Under the pieces are notes generated by a model. The model was not told the DNA's origin. It saw only the letters and a list, made by a program, of their open reading frames with translations, and made no database searches. 64,000 nucleotides of DNA from the human T2T-CHM13v2.0 reference genome, Homo sapiens. Of the stretch, positions 44,625-64,000 are shown in pieces. The stretch lies in NCBI RefSeq assembly GCF_009914755.1, contig NC_060936.1. One strand, written 5' to 3'. The first letter of the stretch is position 1, and each line of letters opens with the position of its first letter. A program made the translations under genes and the position numbers.

Positions 44625-47600
44625 ATAACAACCCAAAAGATCACACTAGCTCACCAGCATCCAAAGCAAGCAAATGTGAATTGCCAGAAAAAGAATTCAG
44701 AAGGTTGATTATTAAGCTACTCAAGGAGGCACCAGAGAAAGATGTAAATCAACTTAAAAATTTTTAAAAATTTATAAGATATGGATGAAAAACTCTCTAG
44801 AGAAATAGATAACATAAATTAAAAAACAATCTCAACTTCTGAAAATTAAAGACAGAGAAATGCAAAACACACTGGAAAGTTTCAACAATGGAACTAAACA
44901 AGTAAAAGAAGGAACTTTAGAGCTTGAAAATAAGACTTTTGAATTAACCCAATCTGATAAAGACAAATAAAAAAGAACTTAAAAAAATGAACAGCCCTCA
45001 AGAAGTTTGGGACTATGTTAAATGACCAAACCTAAAAATAGTAAGTGTTCCTGAGGAATAAGGAAAATCTAAATGTTTTGAAAATTTATTTGAGGAAATA
45101 ATTGTGGAAATCTTTCCTGGCCTTGATAGAGATCCAGACATCCAAATACAAAAAGCTCAAAGAACACCTTGGAAATGTATCACAAAAACGTCATCACCTA
45201 GGCACACAGTCATCAGGTTACATAAAGTGATGACAAAGGAAAGACTCTCAAGAACCGTGAGGTAAAAGCATCAGGTAACCTATAATGGAAGACCTATCAG
45301 ATTAACAGCGTATTTCTTAGCAGAAGCCCTACAAGCTAGAAGGGATTGGGATTCTATCTTTAGCTTCTTTAAACAAAATAATCATCAGCCTAGAATTTTG
45401 TATCCAGCAAAACAAAGCTCTATAAATAAAGAAAAGACAAAGTCTTATCTAGACAAACAAATGCTGACAGAATCTGCTACTACCAAGCCATTTCTACAAG
45501 AGATGTCAATAAGACGTTTTAAATATTGAAACAAAACCTCAAAATACACCAAAATAGAACCTATTTAAAGCATAAATCTCACAGGGTCTATACAACAATA
45601 CACAATAAAGAAAAAATAAGGTATTCAGGCAGCAACTAGCATGATGAATAGAATAGTAACTCACATCTTAATAGTAATGTTGAATGTAAATGACCTAAAT
45701 GCTCTACTTAAAAGATGCAGAATGGCAGGATGGATAACAATTCACCAATCAAGCATCTGCTATCTTCAAGAGACTCACCTAACAAATAAGGACTCACATA
45801 AACTTAAGGTAAAAGGGTGAAAAGAGATGTTCCATGCAAATGAACACCAAAAGTGAGCAGAGGTACCTATTCTTATATCAGACAAAACAGACTTTAAAGC
45901 AGCTGCAGTTAAAAAAAGACAAAGAGGGACATTATATAATGATAAAAGAAATAGTCCAACAGGAAAATATTACAATCAGAAGTATGTATTCACCTAACAC
46001 TGGAACTTCCAAAATTATAAAAGAATTACTACTAGACCTAAGAAATGAGATGGACAGCAATACAATAATATTGGGAGACTTCAGTACTTCACTGACAGCA
46101 CTAGACAGGTCATCAAGACAGAAAATCAACAAAGAAACAATGGACTTAAACTATACCCTAGGACAAATATTTACGTCAAATGACCAAACCTAAAAACTGG
46201 ACTTAACAGATATTTAGAGAACATTCTACACAACAAATGAAGAATATACATTTTATTCCTCTGCACATGGAACATTCTCCAAAATAGACAATATGATAGG
46301 ACACAAAGAAAGTCTCAATAAATTGAGCTTCTGCACAGCAAAAGAAACTACCATCAGAGTGAACAGGCAACCCACAAAATGGGAGAAAATTTTCGCAACC
46401 TACTCATCTGACAAAGGGCTAATATCCAGAATCTACAATGAATTCAAACAAATTTACAAGAAAAAAACAACCCCATCAAAAAGTGGGCAAAGGATATGAA
46501 CAGACACTTCTCAAAAGAAGACATTTATGCAGCCAAAAGACACATGAAAAAATGCTCATCATCACTGGCCATCAGAGAAATGCAAATCAAAACCACAATG
46601 AGATACTATCTCACACCAGTTAGAATGGCAATCATTAAAAAGTCAGGAAACAACAGGTGCTGGAGAGGATGTGGAGAAATAGGAACACTTTTACACTGTT
46701 GGTGGGACTGTAAACTAGTTCAACCATTGTGGAAGTCAGTGTGGCAATTCCTCAGGGATCTAGAACTAGAAATACCATTTGCAGCCATCCCATTACTGGG
46801 TATATACCCAAAGGACTATAAATCATGCTGCTATAAAGACACATGCACACGTATGTTTATTGCGGCTCTATTCACAATAGCAAAGACTTGGAACCAACCC
46901 AAATGTCCAACAATGATAGACTGGATTAAGAAAATGTGGCACATATACACCATGGAATACTATGCAGCCATAAAAAATGATGAGTTCATGTCCTTTGTAG
47001 GGACATGGATGAAATTGGAAATCATCATTCTCAGTAAACTATCACAAGGACTAAAAACCAAACACCACATGTTCTCACTCATAGATGGGAATTGAACAAT
47101 GAGAACACATGGACACAGGAAGGGGAACATCACACTCTGGGTACTGTTGTGGGGTGGGGGGAGATGGGAGGGATAGCATTAGGAGATATACCTAATGCTA
47201 AATGACGAGTTAATGGGTGCAGCACACCAGCATGGCACATGTATACATATGTAACTAACCTGCACATTGTGCACATGTACCCTAAAACTTAAAGTATAAT
47301 AATAATAATAATAATAAAGAAAGTCTCAATAAATTTAGAAAAATCAAAATTATATCAAGTACTCTCTCAGGTCACAGTGGAATACAATTCTAAATCAACT
47401 CCAAAATGAACTCTCAAAGCCATGCACATACATGGAAATTAAATAATCTGCTCCTGAATAATCTTTGGGTCAACAATGAAGTTAAGATGGAAATTTAAAA
47501 GTTCTTTGAACTGAGTAATAATAGTGATGCAACCTAACAAAACCTCTGGAATACAGCAAAAGTGGTGTTAAGAGGAAAGCACATAGCATTAAATGCCTAC

Positions 47601-47795
47601 ATCAAAAAGTCTGAAAGAGCACGAATAGGCAATATAACATCACATCTCAAGGTACTAGAGAAACAGGGACAAACCAAACCCAAGCCCAGTGGAAGAAAAG
47701 AAATAACAAAGATTGGAGCAGAACTAAATGAAATTGAAACAAAAAATATACGAAAGATAAATGAAACAAAAGCCTGGTTCTTTGAAAAGATAAAA
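44625..47795 (+). mobile_element. L1PB-like element (ORF1 to mid-ORF2), interrupted by L1PA3
   Basis: Degenerate ORF1 (gaagtttgggactatgttaaatgaccaaacc) and ORF2 EN (KKDKEGHYIMIK...LGDFSTSLTALDRSSRQKINK). Confidence 0.85.
46325..47315 (+). mobile_element. 5'-truncated L1PA3 (~1 kb) with perfect 20-bp TSD
   Basis: TSD aaagaaagtctcaataaatt at 46305-46324 and 47316-47335; ORF2 C-terminus 46496-47095; (TAA)n tail. Confidence 0.93.
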
Positions 47796-48189
47796 CTGAA
47801 TTATTTGAAAACCATTATCTGTGCTTTCCCATCCTTTGGAAAGCCTTCTCCTATTTCTGAGTGAATATCTCACATTGAAAGCCACTGGGATAGAGGATTA
47901 ATAGCTAAGATAGAAGAGGAGATGCCAGATCTCTTTCTGTGTGCCAGACATGTTCAGAATTCATGAAGTTGATAATGGAGAGGTTTTTGAAGGCATAGTT
48001 GATTCATTTATTCAATGTATTCATTTTCTATAATAATAATTTATTACAATATTGTTATAATGAACTTTATTATAATAAAGCTAAATTTATTATAATCAAT
48101 TAATATTAATAAAGATTAAGTTCCTTTAATACATTAAGTATCTTAATTTATTTTAATATTAAGTTATTATAATAATAAATTATTTTCTA

Positions 48190-51100
48190 TGTATAATGAT
48201 TTATTCTTTCTGATAATATGCCAAGCACTATACTAGAATCTGATGACTGATCAAAAAGATGAAGTTCCTGATCTTTTGTTGATCATATTTACTGGAGAAA
48301 AGACAATATACAAACATATTTCATAAAATCATGTAATTTTAAGAGTTATGGGGGGTAGAGCAAGAAGGTAGAAATTTACAAATGTTACATTTTTAAGCAG
48401 GTCAGGGAAAGCATCTGCAAAGCAGTAATAATTGAGCAGAAAAACAATTGAAACAAAAAGTGGACGTCTGTAGATAAAACATTTCAAGTAGAAGGAAGAA
48501 TCATGTAGCTTGCTCCATGGTCAAGTTTGACTCTTTAAACAAAATAAATTGTTGACTGCTTCCAATTTTTATCATATGTATTGATGATTGAATAACTGCT
48601 TTACATACAATTACAGTCATCTTTCTTACCATTTTAAAATACTATTGCAGATTAAGTCTTTGTTTTTAACATCAGTTCATTGGTATGCATTTTTAAAATA
48701 GATATTTCATTTATTTAAAAAATATTTATTGAGTATCTTCTAGGTATGAGACACTATTCTTGGAACTGAGTATACAGCAGTGAACAAATAAAACAAAAAC
48801 CTATCCTTGTTCTTCTGGAGATTCCTCTGCAGTGTAACTTCATGGTTTTTGAGGCAAAGGAAGGCTGGCAGTAAACAAAATATGTGAGTAAAATTTATAG
48901 TATGATGGTGAGAGAATAAAAATTGAGTGTCAAAGGGAGTAATATTAAAAAATTGTTAGAGAAGACTTCGCTGGGAAAGTGTCATTTGTTTGGGTACTAG
49001 AATATGGTGAGGGAGTAAGTTATGCAGCTATAGGGAAAGAACATTCCAGACAGAAAGAAAAATAGGAACAAAGATTCTCAGTAGAGGATCTATAACTTAT
49101 AAGGCCTTAAAGCTGTTCTTTGGATTTTTGAGTGATATGTGAAGCCAATGGGGGATTTGAGCAGAGCTATGACATGGTATGACCCTCACTTATATGTTAA
49201 GATTTACACAGGGGAAGGAGGTTGGGGAAGAGGGGCTGTGAGTGGTCAGGAGGAAAGCTGAGATACAAGTATGAGGGTATTGCAATAATTCAGGACCAGC
49301 CTGAAAGTTGTGGAGGAGGTAAGAAATCATCAGATTCTGGGTATATTTGGAAATTAGAGCCTAATGTGAGTGTGAGAAATAGAGAAGAATGATTCTAATA
49401 TTGTATGTGGCTGTGCATGTGCACGCATGTGTGCAACTGGAATGACAGAATTACAATGTATGGGGATTATTGTCTTCCCTGGACAATAATCCCTGGAAAT
49501 GGGGATTATTACAAGAGGAGAGGTTGGGGAAGGGAAGACAAAGATACCATGTTAGAAAATATTAAGTGTAAGATGCCTATTAGAGATATATAGGAAGATG
49601 GTGAGAAGTCAATGGATAAATCTAGAGTTCATGAGTAACTTGGCTAGAGAAAAAATTTTGGAATTATCAACGTATGGATAAGATTTAAAGACATGAGAAT
49701 AGATGAGGTCACAAACACACACAGTAAGGTTATTGTCTGACATGCTTCAATTTAGAAGACAAAGATAAAGAATTTAGAGTAAATGAAGTGTAAATAAGTA
49801 AGTCAGTGAGTTAGAAGGCAAACCACAAAGGGTAGTGTCCTGCAAAGTTTTGCTTAGGGAGGGAATTCTCAGTTCTGAAAAATGCTGCTAATAGTTCAAG
49901 TCAGATGAGGACTATTAGATGTAGCATTTAGGTAATTTATGACTTAGGAAAAGTAGTTTCAGTGGAAATTTGGGGGCAAAAGCCTGATAAGAGTGTGCTC
50001 AAGAGAGAATGTAGAGAGAGAGATTGAAAGCAATAATTAGACAAGCTATTTCTCTGTAAAAATAGCACAGAAATAGGGCAATATTAGGAAAAAATGGGAT
50101 CAAAAGAGAGATTTTTGGAAGATGAAAAAGTGACAGCATTCTTACATGCTGATGGAAACATTTAAAAAGAGGATAGTGCTATCCTTAAAAACACAAGGGG
50201 AGGAGTCAATGTCATATGCAAGTGGAGATTGGCCTTAGCTTAAACTTGGGTAGTTCACTAAGGCAGACCATGTGGTGGTACTGGGGCTTTACATAGATAA
50301 ATGTGGTCAAGGGAGCTTTTGAAGTTTCTTCTTTATTTATTTATTTTTTCAGTAAAATAATTCATCAGCTGAAGGTGGGGAAGGGATGTATTAGAATTTC
50401 AAAAAAAAAAAAAAAAAGATGAAGGCACAAAATGCTCAGAGTGCAAAATGGCGTGAATGATTTCTTGGCAAAATGAAAGGTCCATTTGGGCTTCCTAATC
50501 ATACGTTTAAAGTCAGCATGGTTGAGAGATTTTCCTCAGTTACATTTAGCTTCATAAGGGAAATGTGCAGAGTTATTTGAGAGTTAAATTTAATCAAGAT
50601 TGTGGCTTTGACATGCAATTAAAATAATGCAAAACAGTCAAAATTATATGAAGTTATATAGAAGAGAGTGATTACCGTGACCATTAAATTAACCCAGATG
50701 TATAGATAAGGAACACCGAAATCTCTGGCAAAATCAAATTGTAGGTTATACATCCTGGTCAGTGGAAGCATGTGGATCTAGGGTGTTACTGAGTGTGAGC
50801 TAGGAGTGATAAAGAGTGGTGCTCCAATCTTTGATATTATGGAGAGATTACAGTGGTGTGAAAAGCATAGGATATGCCCATAGCAGTAGGTAGAAGCCAA
50901 GATCATTGAGGAGAAGGCTAAAAAATAAAAAGAAAACAGAGAATTAAAAAGATTCTCTTCATGGTCATTACCATCATGAATAATTAAAATAGTAGTAGCA
51001 TTTTGAGAGAATGGCTTTGGATCGAGAGCTAAAATTGTCATGAAATGAGTGGGAGTGACTGAGCGTTGATAGATGATTTCAACAAGAGGAATAAGTGATA

Positions 51101-51700
51101 GAGTCTTTCAATATGAGATCCAAAACTATGGATTATGAGTGTAAAGGGTGGGGAAATGTAAAGAAACTAGCAAAGTGAGGCACATTGGAAACCAGCCCAT
51201 CTGGTTTGCAGCAATATGGGGGATAAGGCAACCCCTATGTATCACTGCTGCAGGAGAGGGAGTGTCTCAGGGAAGACCAATTTTTAAGTTCAAGGCAGAA
51301 GTGAAGCAGAATAACTCAGAGAAGAGGTAAAGGTAAGGGGAGTTTCAGTCATGACTAGTGATGGGTTCCAGAAAACTCAAGAGAAGAATTTCAGTCCAGG
51401 ATTGGGAGAAAGAGAGAAGATGGGGGCAAACATAGGAATGTGCAGAGCTCTGTGGGGATTAGAGAAGAGGTGATGAGTCATCAGGGAATCCCTACCTTCT
51501 TATGGTGGTCACTACCATAAGAGCGATAATTGCCATGGTAATATTAGTCTTGATGATGCCAGAGCTTTGAGCATTGGTGGGTATAGAAACATGTTTGGAG
51601 AATAATATGTAGAATAGGAGTTCTTTCCAGGAGAGTGTAGCTTTCTGGAGCTGTCTCTTAATCAGCACCAACAGAAGTGAAATGTTCGGGTAAGGGCGGA
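48190..51700 (-). mobile_element. Degraded L2 elements (L2a 3' end near 48715)
   Basis: aatatttattgagtatcttctaggtatgagacactattct...cagcagtgaacaaa 3' motif and a long purine-rich degenerate body; boundaries approximate. Confidence 0.6.
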
Positions 51701-51889
51701 TCTGCTTGGAGCCTGACGGTTCCCTCTTGAGGTGTGCCTGTGGTACACACCTGAGAACTCTGGGGCTAAAACCTATTGGACATAGGTTTTACAGATCTAC
51801 AGGATACAGATCTCAGAGATTTTATTTGTATTCATTTAATATAAATTAACTGCTCTAAAATTTATAATATGCAAATATCATACAATTAA

Positions 51890-52100
51890 TCTAATTAGGT
51901 GTTGAATCTATAATGTGCCAGGCATTATGTAAGGCACTTTACATACACTAAATCTTTATTCCAAATATAGACTTCTTACTTTATAGATGAGTGCACTGAT
52001 GCTCAGAAATGGTAAATAACCTACTGATGTTTATACTGCTGGCAGGTAGCAGAGACATATCGGCATTTAAGTCTTTCAGACTTCAAAGGCCATGATATTT
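51890..52100 (-). mobile_element. MIR
   Basis: atgtgccaggcatt...actttatagatgagtgcactgatgctcagaaatggtaaataacct core. Confidence 0.7.
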
Positions 52101-52315
52101 CATCAGAGCTGTGATAGCCGTTCCTGAAAAAAATATCAGCTGATTCTTTAAATCAATTTTTGTCATCTAACTGATGCGTGGCTGTTAGCATAATATTGAT
52201 CTTGAAAGATGTTTTGCAACATCTTTCCCCTGGTGTACTCTTGTTTTTCCATGATCCCACAAAATGAGCAGTCTAATTATTTACACAATTAGGAAGAGAA
52301 AAGGGGCACAGAGAA

Positions 52316-52328
52316 TGCTCTTTGACCT
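52316..52328 (-). promoter_or_regulatory. Nuclear-receptor DR-1 (HNF4A/RXR-type) element AGGTCA-A-AGAGCA, ~1.49 kb upstream of SLCO1B1 exon 1
   Basis: tgctctttgacct on plus; perfect AGGTCA half-site and CAAAG core. Motif match only. Confidence 0.55.
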
Positions 52329-52831
52329 CTGAAAATATTGGAGAATTTTACAACTGGCACCTTTAGCTCAGGATTATAAAGGTTGTTAGTTAGTTTGTAC
52401 TGTTTTATCTTCATTGTATATAATATATATATTAGTCTCCAAACATGTTGATGTGTTTTCAATGAAATGGATGTCTGAGGAGAAAACCATTAGCCTGAGA
52501 AAACCCAAACTGTATTCCCATTGTGAATAAAAGGAAGTCCATAAAAATGATGGAAAATGTTCTGCATTCCTGTTATGATATCAAAATCTGGCAGTACATG
52601 AAAATTTTTCAAAGTGCTTATTTAACAGGCATAATCTTTGGTCTCCTGAGCCAGAATCTGCTGGGTATGGGACTGGATTGCTATTTTGACAACTCGCCAG
52701 TAGATTCTTACTCAGCAGAGTATTTGGAAGCCTTACTCTAATATTTTGGCCTTGGGTCTACATTTCTCAGTTCTGCACAGTCATTCTTCCCCTCTACACT
52801 ACTCTTTAGTTTGTCTCATGATTCCAATACT

Positions 52832-52845
52832 CTCAATAATTAACC
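52832..52845 (-). promoter_or_regulatory. Distal HNF1-like site GGTTAATTATTGAG
   Basis: Close to the HNF1 consensus GTTAATNATTAAC; motif match only. Confidence 0.4.
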
Positions 52846-53688
52846 AAGAATAGAACTAATCAATCAGATAACTGTGGCACAGACATCAAATACATTTTGC
52901 TGCAACCATATCAACAAATGTCCCATGAATGATAAGGGGTAACCATATTCTCATATATGCATCCTCACATTACCACATATATATATGTGCATATGTGTAT
53001 ACAGGTAAAAGTGTGTATATATGTATACATGTATGTTTGTGTGTATATACATACATATATCTTCACACTTTTCTGAAATATATATATTTATGTGAGAGAA
53101 GGGTCTGTACTTTATTTCAGAAGAGAGCTTAATGTCCAAGGTATAATTGAGAGTCTAAAATGTTTGAGTTATTGAATTAATTAAACTTCATCTCTACTCA
53201 AGAAAACTTTTAACTGAGTTAAGCTCTTCCTTTCTCCACAAGTCAAGTCAATAAAAGGAAACTGTGATATTAATAATTCTTTCCTGTTTTGATGTAAAGA
53301 ATCTATCGCATAAAGCAGTCTTAATTTTCATCATTCAGAAAAATGGTCTTGCAGTTAATTGGGACTCTCTTATTCCAGGTGGTATCTCCAGTCTCCATAC
53401 ATACCACGTTAGAACCATACTTATGTACCAAGCAAAGAGGGTATATTTTAATTTTTAAATGCCAATGTAACCTGTAGGCATATTTTTTATTTGTCTTAAA
53501 TTATTTCCTATTTGGAAGTTTTAAATACCTGGAATAATTTATTGTACTCATATTTTTAAAGAAAAAAATCTTATGCCACCAACTTAATTGAATAAACAAG
53601 TAAAAGCCATTCCCAAAAGTAAGGTTTACTTGTTAAGATTAACAAAAAATAATGTGAGAATTCTGAGAAATATAATCTTTAAATATTG

Positions 53689-53704
53689 GCAACTGGAGTG
53701 AACT
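53689..53704 (-). promoter_or_regulatory. DR-4-like element AGTTCA-ctcc-AGTTGC (LXR/CAR-type) in the SLCO1B1 proximal promoter
   Basis: gcaactggagtgaact on plus, about -120 to -106. Confidence 0.4.
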
Positions 53705-53757
53705 CTTAAAACTAACTAGGTTTTATATGTTTGACTAGAGCAATGACATAATAAGGT

Positions 53758-53770
53758 GGTTAATCATCAC
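53758..53770 (+). promoter_or_regulatory. SLCO1B1: HNF1A site GGTTAATCATCAC of the SLCO1B1 promoter
   Basis: HNF1-type motif about 40-52 bp upstream of exon 1; SLCO1B1 is a known HNF1A-dependent hepatocyte gene. Confidence 0.8.
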
Positions 53771-53809
53771 TGGACTTGTTTTCAAAAAGCCAACTACTTT
53801 AAGAGGAAT

Positions 53810-53852
53810 AAAGGGTGGACTTGTTGCAGTTGCTGTAGGATTCTAAATCCAG
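53810..53852 (+). other. SLCO1B1: SLCO1B1 (OATP1B1) non-coding exon 1; intron 1 runs beyond the window end
   Basis: aaagggtggacttgttgcagttgctgtaggattctaaatccag matches the recalled SLCO1B1 mRNA 5' end; donor cag|gtaaga at 53853. Confidence 0.9.
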
Positions 53853-54444
53853 GTAAGAACCATTGAGATTCTCTAATTTTTACATATATTTTATGTAAGA
53901 AATTTTCACGGAAGAAGATTTTGATGGTCTTGAAAAATATTACGAATTTTATGCTCTGTGTCTTCCACACGCTTACATTCTGAGCCCTTAAAACATAGTA
54001 AATATTCCTTCTGGGAGTAGAAGAGCCTCAGGTTTATATACTGTTAAAAATAAAGTAGAGAAAATAATACCTTTATATATTTAAATATAAAGTTTCAAAT
54101 CTTGGTCTTATTAATTTCCAAACAAATAAAAATCAAGTCTCAAAAATGAAGCTCTAGTTACCTTCTTAAAATATGCTACAGGATAATTATTTTTGTCAAC
54201 TACATTGACTGATCACACTAGACTCCTTATTTCTTTGATGTCTTCTTAACTGGATGAAGGCAGCCAAGGGTGGGAGTAGAGGGAAGAGTTAATTGGCAAA
54301 CATAAAAAACAGGTGTCTCAAAGTCACATAACCACCTCAGTTTCCTTGTTTCAACTCAAGTTTGATACAGGGTGAAGGGAAATATATTTTCTAGATAATT
54401 TATCTCCAATTAAATAAGCAAAAAGTCTTCTCAGTACAGTTTTT

Positions 54445-60600
<6,156 letters not shown>

Positions 60601-62213
60601 CTCAGCACAGTTTTTAGCATGAACTAAGGCCTCAATAAATATTAGTTCCCTTCTCCAATTCAGAAAGTTGTCTGCCTTGATAAGACAATTGTTTTTATTG
60701 TGAAAGTGAGGTGGAGATGGGGGATTGTCTCTCCTATAAAAGGTCTAAGAAGTTAGCAAATGCTGTTTTTCCTTTTTGCTCCTCAGTTGCATAAGTACAT
60801 GGTAGAAATTGGGTCACTTTGCCTAAACCGGTTTTCTATAACCTATTAAGTATTAAAAGCTTGACACAGATAAGTAGAGGCTGATAAGATTCTGTCCTGC
60901 ACCCCACTCCTATCAAATTTGGAAGAACTGACCTCTTCCGGGAAGAATTGCAATGCTAAATCCAAATGCCTATGGTTCTATCTTATAAACAAATGGTGTC
61001 CTCAAAATTCATTTATGTAAATCATTTGAAATTTAAGAAAAAAATATGTTCAGAGAAAAATATGTTAAATGTCAAGGTGAATTAGAAAGTGTGGCATTTA
61101 GTCAAGCATAAATTAATATTCCAACTTTCTAGTTACTTTGTAGTAACTTATTTAACATTTTGGTGAAATGAGGAACAAAGTGCCCACCTTTTTTTCCTGA
61201 ATATTTTATCTGAAGATCTAGGAGAGAGATGTGAAATAGTATTTTTCTGGGGAAGTAGGGGAAATACAAAGAAAAGTAATGACTTCAGGTATATTCTCCA
61301 CTGGTACAGCAGGATGGGAGATATTATCAACAGGTGGTAAGTATAAAAATATTGAAGAGGTACAATTTGGATCAGCATTACAACCAAGAGATGGAGAATG
61401 ACATTCAGGATTGAAAGAAACATACAAGAGGGCAGAAAGCTTTCTTCTTGGGACTGTGGTTTCATGTGTCTGCAGGTGCTATGGGTATATTGAGAATGGT
61501 TCTAAAAACAGGGGCTTGGTTTAGGTTGTGAAGACCATCAAATAGAAACTGTGAATTTTATTTTGTGTCGTTAAAGGGATCTTTGAAAGATTCTTAGGAT
61601 AAATATGATATGCATAGGATAGAAAGAAAGGTGGGAGACAGGACAAACAGAAGTTAATCAATTGAAATAAACCAGGTTTGGAGTGGTGGGACAATAGCCT
61701 TCAAGACATCAAGAATATTTGTTAGTAGAAAGAAAATCAAAGCCTAAAACTAAAGGAAGACTATCCACCTTGCAAGTCATACAGAGATATTTGCTATTAT
61801 ATAATTTTTTAAAAAAAAGATTTCCTAATATTTAAATTATGAAGAAAGAGATAGAAACAGATATTCATGGAAAAAATGGGGTGAAATTAATCAAAGGGCA
61901 GCTTATTACCTTGAGACTAAACAGCCATTGACTTTTTTCTTACCTCACTGAACCCAGAAACCCGACATATCTAGGTACAGGCATGCATAAAACATGTACA
62001 CACACAAAATGTAATAATTGGAGTTCACTTAGAGGTACACATGTATGGGTTTCTGTATTCAACCATATGTTGATATATACTCACATATATGTAAGTGATA
62101 ATATCCTGTTTGTTACTTCCACATTTATGCACTATCCCTTAAATATGTATTATATATATTTATATTATTCAGAATCCATCAGCCCTTGTTGAATAAATTA
62201 GTGAATAAAATAT

Positions 62214-62840
62214 AGAGTCGAGTCTCATTATTCACAGATTCTATATAAGAAAATTTGTCTATTCACTAAAATTCCTTTGTAACACCAAAATCAATACTGC
62301 TGGACTTTCATGGGCATTCACATGCATGTGCAAAGTGGTGAAAAATTTGAGCTGCCATGTTCCCAACTAAGGTTGAACAAAATGAAGCTCTGTCTTCTTG
62401 TTTCTGCTCACATATGATAAAGAAATATCCTTTTCACACTGTATTTATTGCCACATTTTTGGCATTTTTGTGTTTTGTGTTTCTGAGTTGAATGTTTCGA
62501 ATGGGCCCCAAAGATAGTGCTGAAGTGCTCTCCGGTGCACAAGAGTATCTGAGGGAAAAGATACATATGCTGTATAAGCTTCCTCCAGGCCTGAACTACA
62601 GTGTTGTTGACAACTAATTCAATGTTAATGAATCAATAGTATGTATTAAATAAAGTGTCTTTAAACAAAACATACATAAAACACAGTTCTATATTGAACA
62701 ATTTACCAAAATATTGTGACCAGAGGCAGACAGGCATATAACTAACCCCACATCTCTCCAAGGAACAATGGTTCAATATTTGCTAATTCAGTGTTCCCAG
62801 CAACTTTATAAAACATAACTACTGCAACAAGTATCAACTG
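62214..62840. mobile_element. MER82 (TcMar-Tigger) DNA transposon
   Basis: agtcgagtctcattattcacagattc...aatgggccccaaagatagtgctgaagtgct...cataactactgcaacaagtatcaactg. Confidence 0.8.
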
Positions 62841-64000
62841 TACATATAATATATATTAGACATATTGTATAATTACTGCCCTATTAAAAATCATGTATCT
62901 ATGCTGTGTCTGCTTATATAGATATCTTAGATACATAAATATGTATTGTTTACATACATAGGAGCAAGAATGTATTTCTAAAACTCCATGAAGAACACAT
63001 TATATTCTATATAAAAGAGTCAGTTGAAGTAAAAAGTTAACTCATTTTACTAGTCTTTAAAGTAGGACTTTAATGACTCTCAAAATAACAATTTCTCTCA
63101 TACATTGACTCCAAAACTTTAGTTGTTGAATTTATTCTGCAGATATGGCCACATAAAACCAAAATGGCATATGATATATTAAGAACATCTTTAATATGAA
63201 ATGATTAGATACAACCTAAAAGCTGATGAATATAGAACCAGTTGCATATATTATGGACAACTTAATACCCTGCTACCATAAGAAAAATGAGAAAGACTTA
63301 TTAAGATTAAGTATATAGAGAAGATAAAAAGGTAGAGAATGATGTTTAAGGTATGCTACCATTTGCATTGAAAAGGAAAATATTATGTACTTAATGAAAA
63401 ATCCATATTATATTTCTGGATAATGGGACAAGAGTTAGAGGAAGAATCTTTGTTTTATTTTTTTAATTTGCATTTTCAACTATATGCATTTTCTCTTGGA
63501 AAAGAAATGAACAAAATCAAAATAAAGTAACATCATGATGGTGGTAAGGTCAAGCAATACCAGAGTTGCTCTGAGAAGTACTTGGAGTACACTTTGCTCT
63601 TTTTAACAAATCCAAATTCTGTTTGCTTTTTGAGCCTGATTCCAGTGGTGTCTCCTTTATAAAACTGAGGCCATTCTAATTTAATTCTTTATATTATTTT
63701 TGTATCTGTTTTGAATATCTACTCTGTGCAAGGGGCTAATAGGCACATTTTAAAACTAGAAGGATAAAGAAAACATATATTTGCTTTTATAAATTTTACA
63801 ATATAGGTGTGTAGAAAAGATAATAATTTAAATTTCTATAATTTAAAATGTTCATGTAATCTGGTGTGTGATTCTATATTACTTACTTGTTTCAAATTTC
63901 TCTCCACAAATTTATTTTTCTATTAAATTGTAATCTCCTTAGGCTAGAATTTGTGTCTGTCTTTCCTACTTTTGTGTCCAGCATTGACCTAGCAGAGTGG

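Noticed and set aside
47874-47904. Possible extra upstream relic exon (31 nt, ctcctcttctatcttag| ... aat|gtgaga) phase-compatible with E1
   Set aside because: Too short to distinguish from chance without conservation data.
48020-48200. Extremely AT-rich quasi-palindromic tract
   Set aside because: Low-complexity sequence with no regular repeat unit or spacer structure.
61944-61970. Minus-strand 27-nt block with donor gag|gtaaga in SLCO1B1 intron 1
   Set aside because: Isolated, weak acceptor, no link to other exons.

Overview
Human/great-ape genomic DNA from the SLCO1B (OATP1B) cluster on chr12p12, recognised from sequence. The window holds the terminal coding exon and 3'UTR of SLCO1B7 (+, 12528 on), a ~40 kb intergenic interval, and the SLCO1B1 liver promoter, non-coding exon 1 (53810-53852) and most of intron 1. 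Most of it is interspersed repeat: THE1/MSTA/MLT LTR elements, Alus, many L1 copies of different ages, L2, MIR, Tigger2a and MER82. Main finding: the small non-repeat islands between SLCO1B7 and SLCO1B1 carry ten minus-strand exon-like blocks (44581 to ~13560) with GT-AG borders. They splice in one frame with no frameshift into ~467 codons of a protein I cannot assign to a family, which looks like a decayed multi-exon gene head-to-head with SLCO1B1. Other findings: a retrotransposed snaR-family Pol III RNA copy with target-site duplication; three neighbouring young L1s sharing disabling mutations (apparent local gene conversion, and NAHR substrates flanking the SLCO1B1 promoter); and a possible in-frame L1 ORF0-SLCO1B7 fusion. 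Repeat subfamily names and comparisons to consensus or paralog sequences come from memory and need confirming by alignment.
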